Notes: a model not told the origin generated them from the letters alone. Shown: positions 47,631 to 56,199, counted from the first letter of the stretch. The stretch is DNA of 64,000 nt from a bacterium (GCA_003252295.1 QKEV01000017.1:100488-164487); one strand, 5' to 3'. A program made the numbers and translations.

Positions 47631-48143
47631 ATGAAAGATCAAAGTCATTACAAAAATTTACCAAGAAAACGAGTTCATGTAGTAGCGCTTATTTTCAATG
47701 AAGATGGAAAAATTTTATTAGTAAAGCCAAGTTACAAAGATAAATGGTCACTTCCTGGAGGGTCAGTTGATTTAGATGAATCACCTCGTAATGGTTGTAT
47801 AAGAGAAGTTCAAGAGGAAACAGGTTTGGTTGTTACTGATGCAAAGTTTCTTTGTGTACAATATGTAACTGATACTGAAAAAGGAGATGCACTCTTCTTT
47901 ATGTTTGATTGTGGTGTTGTAAATAACAGTCAATTAATAAGTGTTTCAAAAGAAACTAAAGAGATAGAACAGTGTCAGTTTGTTGATATAGATGAAGTTG
48001 GGTCATATGTACCCGAAGGTGTCGCTACACGCATCACAGCAGGGCTTGATGCTAAAAGTGATACAAGTAAGGGGTATGTTGAGAGGAGATTTGTGAAAAG
48101 AATAGATGAAAAAACTTACACATCTGACATCTTTTCGTCATGA
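47631..48143 (+). CDS. NUDIX hydrolase
   Basis: Nudix box GGSVDLDESPRNGCIREVQEETGL. Confidence 0.7.
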   Translation: MKDQSHYKNLPRKRVHVVALIFNEDGKILLVKPSYKDKWSLPGGSVDLDESPRNGCIREVQEETGLVVTDAKFLCVQYVTDTEKGDALFFMFDCGVVNNSQLISVSKETKEIEQCQFVDIDEVGSYVPEGVATRITAGLDAKSDTSKGYVERRFVKRIDEKTYTSDIFSS

Positions 48144-48240
48144 AATGAGAAAATTCTATGAAATGGAAGTATGGTATTCTTATAGAAATACAAGCCTGAT
48201 TGAAATTTGTGTTTAGTGGTTTAATGCATATTTTGTAAAT

Positions 48241-48603
48241 ATGAGATTTTGTAAGAAAAGTATAATTATTTTGCTAGTATCTTCATTTATACTTGGTGTA
48301 ATTCATGAAAGAATACAGAATGAATTTTACATGACTGATGCCATTTTTATATTTTCATTATTTTCCCCTGGTATTATTACTGGTATTATTTTGCTTTTGC
48401 TAAATTATTTACCGATAAAGAAAAGAATGTATGTATTTTTTATATCAGAAATAATATTTGGATTGTCGTATTTTATTATTGGAATGTCTGGCGTTGGTAT
48501 GGACGGATATGGTGGGGAGATTCTTTTTTTAATGATGGCAGTTGCAATGATTGTTTATATTCCCTTTGCACTCTATATTTCAAAATCAATCAGAATAATT
48601 TAA
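48241..48603 (+). CDS. Small polytopic membrane protein (hypothetical)
   Basis: 120 aa with 3-4 hydrophobic helices. AT-rich. Confidence 0.35.
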   Translation: MRFCKKSIIILLVSSFILGVIHERIQNEFYMTDAIFIFSLFSPGIITGIILLLLNYLPIKKRMYVFFISEIIFGLSYFIIGMSGVGMDGYGGEILFLMMAVAMIVYIPFALYISKSIRII

Positions 48604-48643
48604 ATGATAAAAAACACCTTGATGGTATTTTTTATTTTTTCAT

Positions 48644-48736
48644 TGTCCCCCGAGCAGGGCGTTATTATAACCTTGTTAACTAATAGAAATTACCTACAAC
48701 AACTGAATGAACAGATGTTATTTGTGAGGTTTTTGG
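48644..48736 (+). repeat. 93-bp repeat family, copy C (full length)
   Basis: tgtcccccgagcagggcgttattataaccttgttaactaatagaaattacctacaacaactgaatgaacagatgttatttgtgaggtttttgg. It lies between convergent genes. Confidence 0.75.
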
Positions 48737-48757
48737 AAAGAAATATGAGAGTAAAAT

Positions 48758-49675
48758 CTATCTCATGAGTATCTCAAAGAAATCATGAACAAACTCCGCT
48801 TTTGCAATTTTTTTCACGACCTTCACATTGTTTCTTTTTTCACCCCATAGTCTTCTGTCAGCTACGGTCATGCCACGGGTAAGGTCACTGCTTGTTTCAA
48901 TTTGAATATCCATCGGTTGCGTTTTGTATGCTGAAGGGTTTATAAGGTAGTACGCTGCAAGAGGGTCATACATCAGCGCACCTGAAGTTTTTTCAAAAGT
49001 TTGTATACCTTGTATGTACGAACTCATCATACTTTTAATTGGTTTGTACAAGTTGGTTTTCTTAAGCACATCAAAATCTTGAAGTGTAAAAGATATGTCG
49101 TTGCATACATCAAGTGGAACAAGAATTTTTTTAACACTTGATGTAAAGACAATGTCCGCTGCTTCCGGATCGACAAAGATGTTAAATTCAGCAACCCTGT
49201 TTTTATTTCCAGGAACTTCGATTGCTCCACCCATCATCACAACTTGTTTAATGAGAGAAGGCAATTCTGGATCGAGTATGAACGCCTTGGCAACATTTGT
49301 TTGCGGTCCTATGGTAACCAAAGTAACCTCGTGCGGGTTTGTGCGAACAATTTCGATAATTTTCTCTGGTGCGTTATTTGACAGTGCTTCATGCTTTGTG
49401 ATTTTTGCACCATCAAGACCCTTTTCCCCATGCACATCTGCAAGCACAAGCTCTCTTTGAAGAGGTTTGTTTGCACCTGAGAAAATCGGTGTGATACTGT
49501 TGATCAGATCGAGGGTATACCTCGCATTATTGGTTGCGTTCTCAACAGTGCAGTTTCCTGCGACAGTTGTTATTCCTTTGATGTCAAACATGTCGGACTT
49601 TTCCAGTAGTAGTAGCGCGAGCATATCATCGTGTCCCGGGTCGGTGTCAATGATAACCTTAGGTTTATTTTTCAT
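48758..49675 (-). CDS. Inosine-uridine-preferring nucleoside hydrolase family protein
   Basis: N-terminal DTDPGHDD motif (VIIDTDPGHDDMLALLLL). 305 aa. Confidence 0.8.
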   Translation of the reverse strand: MKNKPKVIIDTDPGHDDMLALLLLEKSDMFDIKGITTVAGNCTVENATNNARYTLDLINSITPIFSGANKPLQRELVLADVHGEKGLDGAKITKHEALSNNAPEKIIEIVRTNPHEVTLVTIGPQTNVAKAFILDPELPSLIKQVVMMGGAIEVPGNKNRVAEFNIFVDPEAADIVFTSSVKKILVPLDVCNDISFTLQDFDVLKKTNLYKPIKSMMSSYIQGIQTFEKTSGALMYDPLAAYYLINPSAYKTQPMDIQIETSSDLTRGMTVADRRLWGEKRNNVKVVKKIAKAEFVHDFFEILMR

Positions 49676-50330
49676 GGTTTTTTAGATAGGTTGTTAATGT
49701 TTCTATTGATGGAATGGTTGGATAATTTGTATTACTTGTTGGATGTATATGCAACACATTCATGTTGCAGGCATGGGCAGGAAGTATATCTGTTTCTAAA
49801 GAGTCTCCCACCATTAAAATTTCAGATGGTTGAAGTTTTGTTTGCTCTATTATCTTTTTATACACATCAGACGTGCCACCTTTGGGCATCTTTTTACCTC
49901 TTTCCCAACCGATAAAGATGGAAAACAGTTGTGTTGCTACTTGAGCAGAGGACAGGAGCTTTTTTGCCTGAGATGTTGGACCGTCTGTTATGACCCCAAG
50001 AGAGTACCCTTTGAATTTGAGTGTGTTGAGTAGATTATGAACATGTGACATTTTCTGAATGAATGGATCAGTTTCAAGTGAGCAGAGAGCGTCATGCCAC
50101 ACAGTGTTTCCTTTGCTAAGTGATTCTAGGGCAACTTCACCCCTCCCATTGTATTGCTGTCTATATTCATCTGCGATGTTCTTTGCTTCACCCATAGTGA
50201 CACCGCGTAATGTACTGATAGTTTGCTCTAACAGTTTTGGATACTGCTTGTAGTACAAAGCAGCTTCATTTCCGTATATGAGTGTTTGATCTACATCAAA
50301 CAAGATCAATTTAATTTTTTTCATAGACAT
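49665..50330 (-). CDS. HAD-superfamily hydrolase
   Basis: Motif I DxDxT (LILFDVDQTLI) and a C-terminal motif (MVGDSLETD). Confidence 0.65.
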   Translation of the reverse strand: MSMKKIKLILFDVDQTLIYGNEAALYYKQYPKLLEQTISTLRGVTMGEAKNIADEYRQQYNGRGEVALESLSKGNTVWHDALCSLETDPFIQKMSHVHNLLNTLKFKGYSLGVITDGPTSQAKKLLSSAQVATQLFSIFIGWERGKKMPKGGTSDVYKKIIEQTKLQPSEILMVGDSLETDILPAHACNMNVLHIHPTSNTNYPTIPSIETLTTYLKNHEK

Positions 50331-50525
50331 ATTTTTGTAATAAAAAAACCCTGTGAGGGGTTCTAAGTTTGCTTTGCACTTGAGTGATAATTATTTACAC
50401 AACAAAGTAGCCCCCTCTTTTCTCAGAAGATGGTTGTTGTGCCAACTTGTTGTTACTACTGTTCTGTTGTCCATATTCAAAAAGTACCATCAAGTGGTAT
50501 GTTTGTCAAAATAGGAACTTTGAAT

Positions 50526-50759
50526 TCGAATCCTGTTCAGGTGTACGTCAAAAGCCCCTGTATGTGGGGCTTTCTCAGTGTCGTCACAAGTTGCTAAGTG
50601 TTTTGTTTGTTACAAATTACTAGGAATCTCACTGCTCGCTCCTTTCAGTCACTGCGCTCTGAGAACCCACGGTTCTCAGCGTTCGTTATCACTCACTGCT
50701 CTCCTACACGGGAGGACACCCAGTCCTCACGACCCCACCTCTGGTTCGAATCCTAGTGG
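50526..50759 (+). repeat. Repeat element R1 (~234 bp): structured, tRNA 3'-end-like terminus; paralogue of R2
   Basis: Aligns with 51541..51722. Shared blocks are tcgaatcctgttc, aaaagcccct..ggggcttt, ttactaggaatctcactgctcgct, cactgcgctc, tcctacac and ggttcgaatcctagtgg. It also contains covarying hairpins. Confidence 0.6.
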
Positions 50760-50966
50760 TAATCTATATATTTACTTGTCGTCACCCGTCACTAACTATA
50801 ATTGTTCACTTTGTTCCAATTCTAGTAAGTGCGCTTGACCACGGCTCGACTGTTTTGTGTCACAGTAAGTAGTGACACAAAACATGTCTCCGCCTCGGAC
50901 ACGAGCACGTAAGCAAAACTATTTGCTTACTAAAAAAGCCACACTAGTGTGTGACTTTTTTACTCA

Positions 50967-51059
50967 TGTCCCCCGAGCAGGGCGTTATTATAACCTTGTT
51001 GACTAACAGGGATTACTTACAACAACTGTCTGAGCAGATGCCGTTTGTGAGGTTTTTGG
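50967..51059 (+). repeat. 93-bp repeat family, copy D (full length)
   Basis: tgtcccccgagcagggcgttattataaccttgttgactaacagggattacttacaacaactgtctgagcagatgccgtttgtgaggtttttgg. Confidence 0.75.
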
Positions 51060-51097
51060 GGAGGGAAAAGTAAACCTTTTCATGTTAAAATTTTCGT

Positions 51098-51538
51098 ATG
51101 GATATTTATGAAACAATTGGAATAATAATTGCCCCCATCATCATAATAGTTTCTGTTCTACTTATCACTATGTGGAGCAGATTTTTTGGTAACAATCCCA
51201 AATGGAGTATAAGAGCTAAAAGCATGAAGAAGCTTGCTCAAAAACTTGGGTGTCAGTTTACTTTTGACACAAATACATTGTCTGAAAGGTTGTGGAAGAC
51301 GCCGAGAAAAATAAATGTAATAACTGGTGAATACAATGGTAAACAAATTGAAATTTACGATTACAACACTGTTACAAATTATTCATTTGCATTGGGACAG
51401 GATCCAAAACGATTTACCATCATTAATGGTGCGTACTATAAGCAAATAAAAGCGGAAACTATTGAAGAAATACTGAATGGTACATTGGACAAAGAACGAT
51501 TAAACAAACTAAGGAAAGACAATTCAAACGTTGAATAA
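51098..51538 (+). CDS. Hypothetical protein with an N-terminal TM helix
   Basis: 146 aa. IIAPIIIIVSVLLITMW. Confidence 0.4.
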   Translation: MDIYETIGIIIAPIIIIVSVLLITMWSRFFGNNPKWSIRAKSMKKLAQKLGCQFTFDTNTLSERLWKTPRKINVITGEYNGKQIEIYDYNTVTNYSFALGQDPKRFTIINGAYYKQIKAETIEEILNGTLDKERLNKLRKDNSNVE

Positions 51539-51540
51539 CA

Positions 51541-51722
51541 TCGAAATCCTGTTCGAGTGTATTTCAAAAGCCCCTAAGTATGGGGTTTTGGTGTTTACTA
51601 GGAATCTCACTGCTCGCTCGTTACACTCACTGCGCTCACGAAACCCACGGTTTCGTGTACTTCCTACACAGGGAACCAGCAGGTTCCCTGACACCCTCCG
51701 CTGTTCGAATCCTAGTGGGCGG
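51541..51722 (+). repeat. Repeat element R2 (~182 bp), paralogue of R1; its 3' 20 nt equal the tRNA-Lys T-loop/acceptor sequence in inverted orientation
   Basis: See R1. Hairpins cacgaaacc-cac-ggtttcgtg (51638-51657) and cagggaacc-agca-ggttccctg (51669-51690). Confidence 0.6.
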
Positions 51723-51763
51723 ACAGCCAAACAAAAAACAGCACTAAGTGCTGTTTCTGGCTG

Positions 51764-51836
51764 TCCGCCCACTAGGATTCGAACCTAGGACCCGCGGCTT
51801 AAAAGGCCGTTGCTCTACCAGCTGAGCTATGGGCGG
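51764..51836 (-). tRNA. tRNA-Lys (anticodon UUU)
   Basis: The reverse complement folds as a cloverleaf: acceptor CCGCCCA/TGGGCGG, D-arm GCTC-AGCTGGTA-GAGC, anticodon loop CTTTTAA, T-arm CTAGG-TTCGAAT-CCTAG, discriminator A. No encoded CCA. Confidence 0.85.
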
Positions 51837-52004
51837 ATAATGGTCATTGTACCTCCATCAGCAAAGCTATGGGTAGATGTACAAAAACGTAAAACGTTTG
51901 CTCAAGAATACTACGACAAATGACTGTTTTTGTCTACCAATGTATTGCGTGTAGATATAAGTAACGGCCTGTTCGAACTGAACAGACCGTTAAAAAACAT
52001 GAAC

Positions 52005-52379
52005 CTAGTGCTTCATGTACATGATGTACACTGTCTTTCTGTAGAAATCAAACTCCATATCGACTATCCTGTGCCCCTTATGAAATCTTCCAAGATAGTC
52101 ACTCGAGTTCATAAATCCATACTCATTGCGTGTATGCTTATCCCAAGCTGCAAACCTCACGATTCCATTTAAGGTATCGAATAAGCAAGTGTCAATGTAT
52201 AGGTTGTTTTGCTGTAGGGCAGTAACAACCTTCTCTGTCATGCGTGTTTTTTCCGGGACCATGTTAAGTGTCGCAGCGTGAAGCTCAGCAGCAAAGATTT
52301 TTCCCGGTGCAGAGAAGAGTAGCAGTGTCACAATGATAGTAAAAACAGGCCTATAGATCCCTTTTAAAGAATTTTCCAT
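52005..52379 (-). CDS. Small secreted hypothetical protein
   Basis: Signal peptide (IVTLLLFSAPGKIFAAEL). 124 aa. Confidence 0.4.
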   Translation of the reverse strand: MENSLKGIYRPVFTIIVTLLLFSAPGKIFAAELHAATLNMVPEKTRMTEKVVTALQQNNLYIDTCLFDTLNGIVRFAAWDKHTRNEYGFMNSSDYLGRFHKGHRIVDMEFDFYRKTVYIMYMKH

Positions 52380-52465
52380 GGTTTTCCTCCCCCAGAGTTT
52401 TTGTTGTATTACAGTGCTAAACTGGTGGCATAATACAACTAAAATATTTTATGTCAACAAAATAC

Positions 52466-52493
52466 TTGACAAATATTTTATATATGCTATACT
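52466..52493 (+). promoter_or_regulatory. Sigma70-type promoter candidate for the 52618 gene
   Basis: TTGACA (52466-52471), a 16-nt spacer, TATACT (52488-52493). AGGAGG lies 7 nt before the ATG. Confidence 0.45.
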
Positions 52494-52617
52494 GCCCATC
52501 AGTTTTGCTCAGAGTTAGTAATTCTGTATTTGTTATTTGTAAGAAACAAAACGTAAATTTGTATCAGAAGGGGGAGATAACTCCCACGGTCATCCAAACG
52601 ACTATAGGAGGAATAGG

Positions 52618-53613
52618 ATGAAAAAGGTTATCGTAACTGCACTCGGAATCTTTGCACTTGCAACAACTGCCGTGTCTTCATTTGCCGCTGCACCCAAAAT
52701 TAATTGGGGTGGCGCAAGTGCAACTGGGCAGTACATTGAGTTTGCTAAAGAGGGTTGCAGTGCATTGGGAAAAATCTTTGACTGCGTTCCAGTGGTAACG
52801 GAAGGTTCCGGCGACAACAAAGATCAGCTCATTGCTGGTACTTTGGATATTGCATTGGGTATGGGTGGTCTTGCTCAGAAATGGGCTGCTAATGACCCTG
52901 AATTCCAGGCGAACGTCGAAGTGGTACGCTATATCGCTGGCGAACCTCTCTTTGCTTATGGCAAACCAGAGGTTGTCGCAGCGCTTGTCAACTGGGAAGG
53001 CGTAAAGCAGAATGGTTTCTTGGTCAGCTTCGGCGCGCCGAGTGAGCAATCCGGCGATTACCTGACCCTGAAAGAACTCCAGAAAGGAGAAGGGAACGGT
53101 CTTGCAGAAGCAACGGTAACACCTATGGGTAATCGAGATGCGCAGATCAAAGCGGTACTGAACGATGAAGTTCAACTTGGTTTTGCAGCGCAGTTTGCAA
53201 ATCCCAGTAACGACTTCTTCACCGCTATTGCCGATAATAATCTCGAGATCATGCCGGTCATTGATACCGACCTCGCCCTTACTTCAGACCTCTATGGTGT
53301 GCGTGAAGTTCAGGTGGAGAATGTTTCCCTGAAGCGCCGGTCTTTAGGTAAGAAGGTGGAAACGATGTACGTGCCTATTGCCATCATGGCTCGGAAGGCA
53401 TCTACGTACGACAATCCTCGTGACCAGAAGATCCAGCAGGCAGTTATCGACCGTATTAAAAATATGGACGAAGCAGACCTGTTGCCGAAAGTTGGTTGGC
53501 TGACAGATTTTATGAACAAGTCAGCGAAGTACAGTGCCGACAAACTCGAAACCATGGGTAAAGCCATGAAGGAAGCGGCAAAAGAGGCAAAAGCCGCCGC
53601 GCTCGGCAATTAA
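52618..53613 (+). CDS. Secreted TAXI-family (TRAP-type) solute-binding protein-like, orphan
   Basis: Signal peptide, then WGGASATGQYIEFAKEGCSALGK and VVTEGSGDNKDQLIAGTLDIALGMGG, which resemble TAXI/PBP2 motifs. Locally higher GC than the neighbours. Confidence 0.45.
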   Translation: MKKVIVTALGIFALATTAVSSFAAAPKINWGGASATGQYIEFAKEGCSALGKIFDCVPVVTEGSGDNKDQLIAGTLDIALGMGGLAQKWAANDPEFQANVEVVRYIAGEPLFAYGKPEVVAALVNWEGVKQNGFLVSFGAPSEQSGDYLTLKELQKGEGNGLAEATVTPMGNRDAQIKAVLNDEVQLGFAAQFANPSNDFFTAIADNNLEIMPVIDTDLALTSDLYGVREVQVENVSLKRRSLGKKVETMYVPIAIMARKASTYDNPRDQKIQQAVIDRIKNMDEADLLPKVGWLTDFMNKSAKYSADKLETMGKAMKEAAKEAKAAALGN

Positions 53614-53637
53614 CATGTTTACGTTTGTTTAGTACCT

Positions 53638-53669
53638 TACACCCCCATATAGCAATATATGGGGGTGTA
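53638..53669 (+). terminator. Strong hairpin downstream of the TAXI-like gene (terminator candidate, weak T-tract)
   Basis: tacacccccatata-gcaa-tatatgggggtgta is a perfect 14-bp stem. Confidence 0.4.
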
Positions 53670-53676
53670 TTCGTAC

Positions 53677-53705
53677 TTGACAAAAAAGTATATCTATGAT
53701 ATACT
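53677..53705 (+). promoter_or_regulatory. Sigma70-type promoter candidate for the 53809 gene
   Basis: TTGACA (53677-53682), a 17-nt spacer, TATACT (53700-53705). Near-identical in architecture to the 52466 promoter. Confidence 0.45.
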
Positions 53706-53808
53706 TCCGTGCAGTATTTTGGGGTTGCCTGCTGATGTCAGCAGGTATTCCAAACAGTTGTTTGAAAGATAATCAATCAATGTTGTAAAACTTTCACAGG
53801 AGGGGAAT

Positions 53809-54366
53809 ATGGCACGAACAAACGTAGTGACTGTGGGTCAAGCTAAAGGTAATTTTTTTCTTGGATTGCTGTATACGATTTTCATCGTAAACTGGCGAAT
53901 CACAGCTGGATTGCTTTTTGCACCACTTTTGGCGAACCCGTCCGGGATTTCCTACTACCACTTCACGATCGCAAATGGCTTCTTGACCTGGGACAAGCTC
54001 CTGAGTCTGGATGTGCCGGCAATTCTTGTGCTGATTCTTGGAATCGGAATGGTGTTCTTCTCAGCACGACTTACCGTGAAGGCATGGAAAGTACTGAATG
54101 GTTTTTTTGATAAACTGTTCGCTTTCGTCTGGGTGGCTGCCACTATCGTACTCATCGTTGCACTCTTCAAAGAGCAATTGCTTACGATGACCAACTTGTG
54201 GAACTGGTCATACGTTGCCTTCATGGGGCTTGCAGTCTTTAATATTTATGCCGTCGCTACCAAGCGGGCGGACTTCAAAGACTTCAAGTACCGCGGTATG
54301 GAGAATGTTCATGATGATATGAACGAACCTCATGCTGACGATGACGATGATCACGGTCATCATTGA
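53809..54366 (+). CDS. Polytopic membrane protein with an Asp/His-rich C-terminus (possible metal-binding tail)
   Basis: 4 hydrophobic helices. C-terminal HDDMNEPHADDDDDHGHH. Confidence 0.45.
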   Translation: MARTNVVTVGQAKGNFFLGLLYTIFIVNWRITAGLLFAPLLANPSGISYYHFTIANGFLTWDKLLSLDVPAILVLILGIGMVFFSARLTVKAWKVLNGFFDKLFAFVWVAATIVLIVALFKEQLLTMTNLWNWSYVAFMGLAVFNIYAVATKRADFKDFKYRGMENVHDDMNEPHADDDDDHGHH

Positions 54367-54806
54367 TGTAGTCTAATGAGTAGGGCTGCTGCAACTGCAG
54401 TAGCCCTATGCTTCTTTATAGGAGATTGCGATGAGTATCAAAAGAAAATGGTATCTGTTTAAAAAATGGCAGGTTGGCCGTCTTTTGGTTCACCTCGAGT
54501 ATCCTTTTGAAAAGGGTGTGCTGGTTGGGTTGCTGAGTGGTTCTTACAGACTGCTCTTGCGTCCGGTTAGAACAGTGCGTCATGCTTTCAGGGTGTACTA
54601 TGTGTTTTTCAAAATCCTTATGAGGAGGTTGGTATGGGATCGAAAAAATCTTTGTCTGTAAAGACAATTCTTGTTCGTACTTTTGTCTACCCGCTCTGTG
54701 GCTTGCTTGTAATGCTTGCCATTCTTGTGCTGGTAGCAGTACAGACCGGTTGGCAAACATCAGTAGATGGTGCGCATACCTCTGAACATATGTTCATTAA
54801 ACGTTA

Positions 54807-56072
54807 ATGTCGGAGGTGGTGATGGAAGAACTACTTGCTTTTTCAAGGCTTGAAGTGTACTCCATTGCGATAGTCATCCTTTTGTTGGGACCAGGTGTTT
54901 TTACGGCAACGCTCAACGCAATCACCTCAATGAAGTGGTTGTGCAAACTAGGTCTTTTGTGCTCAGAGTACCTCATTGTTTTCAATGTAGTGTATCTCAT
55001 GTTCGAAGACCTTAGTGTACTCGAGGGTGAGCCGGTAGTGTACGCGTATACTGTAGCATCAAGTTGCCTGGCTTCGCTTGCTTGGGATCGTCTAAGTATT
55101 AAGCAGAAGCGCTGGTGGAAAGGTGCATCAATACTGCTCGCTGTTGTAATTGGCACTATTATTGCTGTGCAGCTCTACTACGACATCAACTTTTTCATGG
55201 CAGCTGGACTGCTCTGGAGAAGGGTGTTTGTGAGGTTGTTTGCAAGAATGAGGATGCGCGCCTTGTCTATGTTGAAAGGTGTTCTGGAACTACTGAGGTT
55301 TTTCTGGAAGATTGCCCTTGAATTCTTTGCAACAATGTCGTGGGTGACGTTTCGTCGAATACTCGGACGTTCGAGTTTGCAGGTTGGTATCCGATGGACC
55401 AAGAAGATACTCATACTATCGGTGATCTACGTGTTTGTTGCACGTAAAGCCCGTAAGCTGTTCATGAATCAAAAAATTCAGCAGCTCAAAGAGGTGATAG
55501 GTCGCAACAAGGAACGCGCGCAAAATTTGTACAAGAACTTAAAGTTCAGGTACAAGTTAGCGTTCTGTATCGGAGCCACAATAGCTACGCTGTTTGTTGG
55601 CGACGCGTATGAGTTTTTCTACCCATTCTTGCCGAAGGCGTTCATGGTAAAGTTGATCGGTCTTGTGAAGGTTATTGGTGCAGGTATCACGTTTCTTCTT
55701 AAGAAACTTGGTATTCATGGGCTGATCGACCAGACAACAAAAAAAGTATCGCAAAAAATCCTTGGACGTATGTCTGAGGACGCAAGGCAAAAGTGGGAGA
55801 GGTACAAGAAGTGGAGACTTGGTCGTATGGTCATACATATTGATCGTTGGATTATGATTCTCGACAGACCTGCCAGAAAGAAAGCTCGAGACATGCGTAT
55901 TGCTGCCGCCGAGAAGATATTCTGTGCGAAAAAAACAGTACAGGACGTCACTGAAGCAGTCGGGAGTACGGTACGTAAGGTTATTCCAATAGTTATACCG
56001 ACACCGAAGGTTGCACTCGATGGTCTCATGAAAACACAACGGATGATTATCAAAAAGATAAAAAATAGGTAA
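54807..56072 (+). CDS. Highly basic polytopic membrane protein (hypothetical)
   Basis: 421 aa, K/R-rich with several hydrophobic helices. The C-terminal segment shares a KKWxxGRxxxH motif with the small ORF 54431..54661. Confidence 0.4.
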   Translation: MSEVVMEELLAFSRLEVYSIAIVILLLGPGVFTATLNAITSMKWLCKLGLLCSEYLIVFNVVYLMFEDLSVLEGEPVVYAYTVASSCLASLAWDRLSIKQKRWWKGASILLAVVIGTIIAVQLYYDINFFMAAGLLWRRVFVRLFARMRMRALSMLKGVLELLRFFWKIALEFFATMSWVTFRRILGRSSLQVGIRWTKKILILSVIYVFVARKARKLFMNQKIQQLKEVIGRNKERAQNLYKNLKFRYKLAFCIGATIATLFVGDAYEFFYPFLPKAFMVKLIGLVKVIGAGITFLLKKLGIHGLIDQTTKKVSQKILGRMSEDARQKWERYKKWRLGRMVIHIDRWIMILDRPARKKARDMRIAAAEKIFCAKKTVQDVTEAVGSTVRKVIPIVIPTPKVALDGLMKTQRMIIKKIKNR

Positions 56073-56199
56073 GCGCTCCTGCCCAATAAGCAGGGCGCTT
56101 TTACTTTGACAAAAGGTTAAATTTATGCTAAAATATTAACAGCAGAATTTAGGTTTTTTTCAGATGAATAACTAAAAACAAATAAGGAGGTGATGCGTT

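Noticed and set aside
50578-50838. ORF 50578..50838 and ORFs 51524..51772 / 51531..51788
   Set aside because: They lie entirely within the R1 and R2 structured repeat elements and the tRNA-Lys gene. Their products are low-complexity (S/C/P/R-rich), consistent with translating structured non-coding DNA.
46458-51060. Integron attC sites or cassette array in the strict sense
   Set aside because: No intI integrase is present. No attI is recognisable. No clear R''/R' core sites (RYYYAAC / GTTRRRY) sit at the repeat boundaries. The resemblance is organisational only, so the region is reported as a finding rather than called as an integron.
45600-51100. Possibility that the repeated 93-bp elements are a CRISPR array
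   Set aside because: The repeats are ~93 bp, not 24-48 bp. The spacing is irregular, from ~0.1 kb to more than 1 kb, and the intervening sequences are whole genes. There are no cas genes.
44500-51763. Calling the tRNA-Lys-adjacent segment a genomic island or integrative element
   Set aside because: No integrase, excisionase or transposase gene is present, and there is no direct repeat of the tRNA 3' end at the distal boundary. The copies found are inverted and belong to R1 and R2. Only the weaker 'accessory-looking region' finding is reported.
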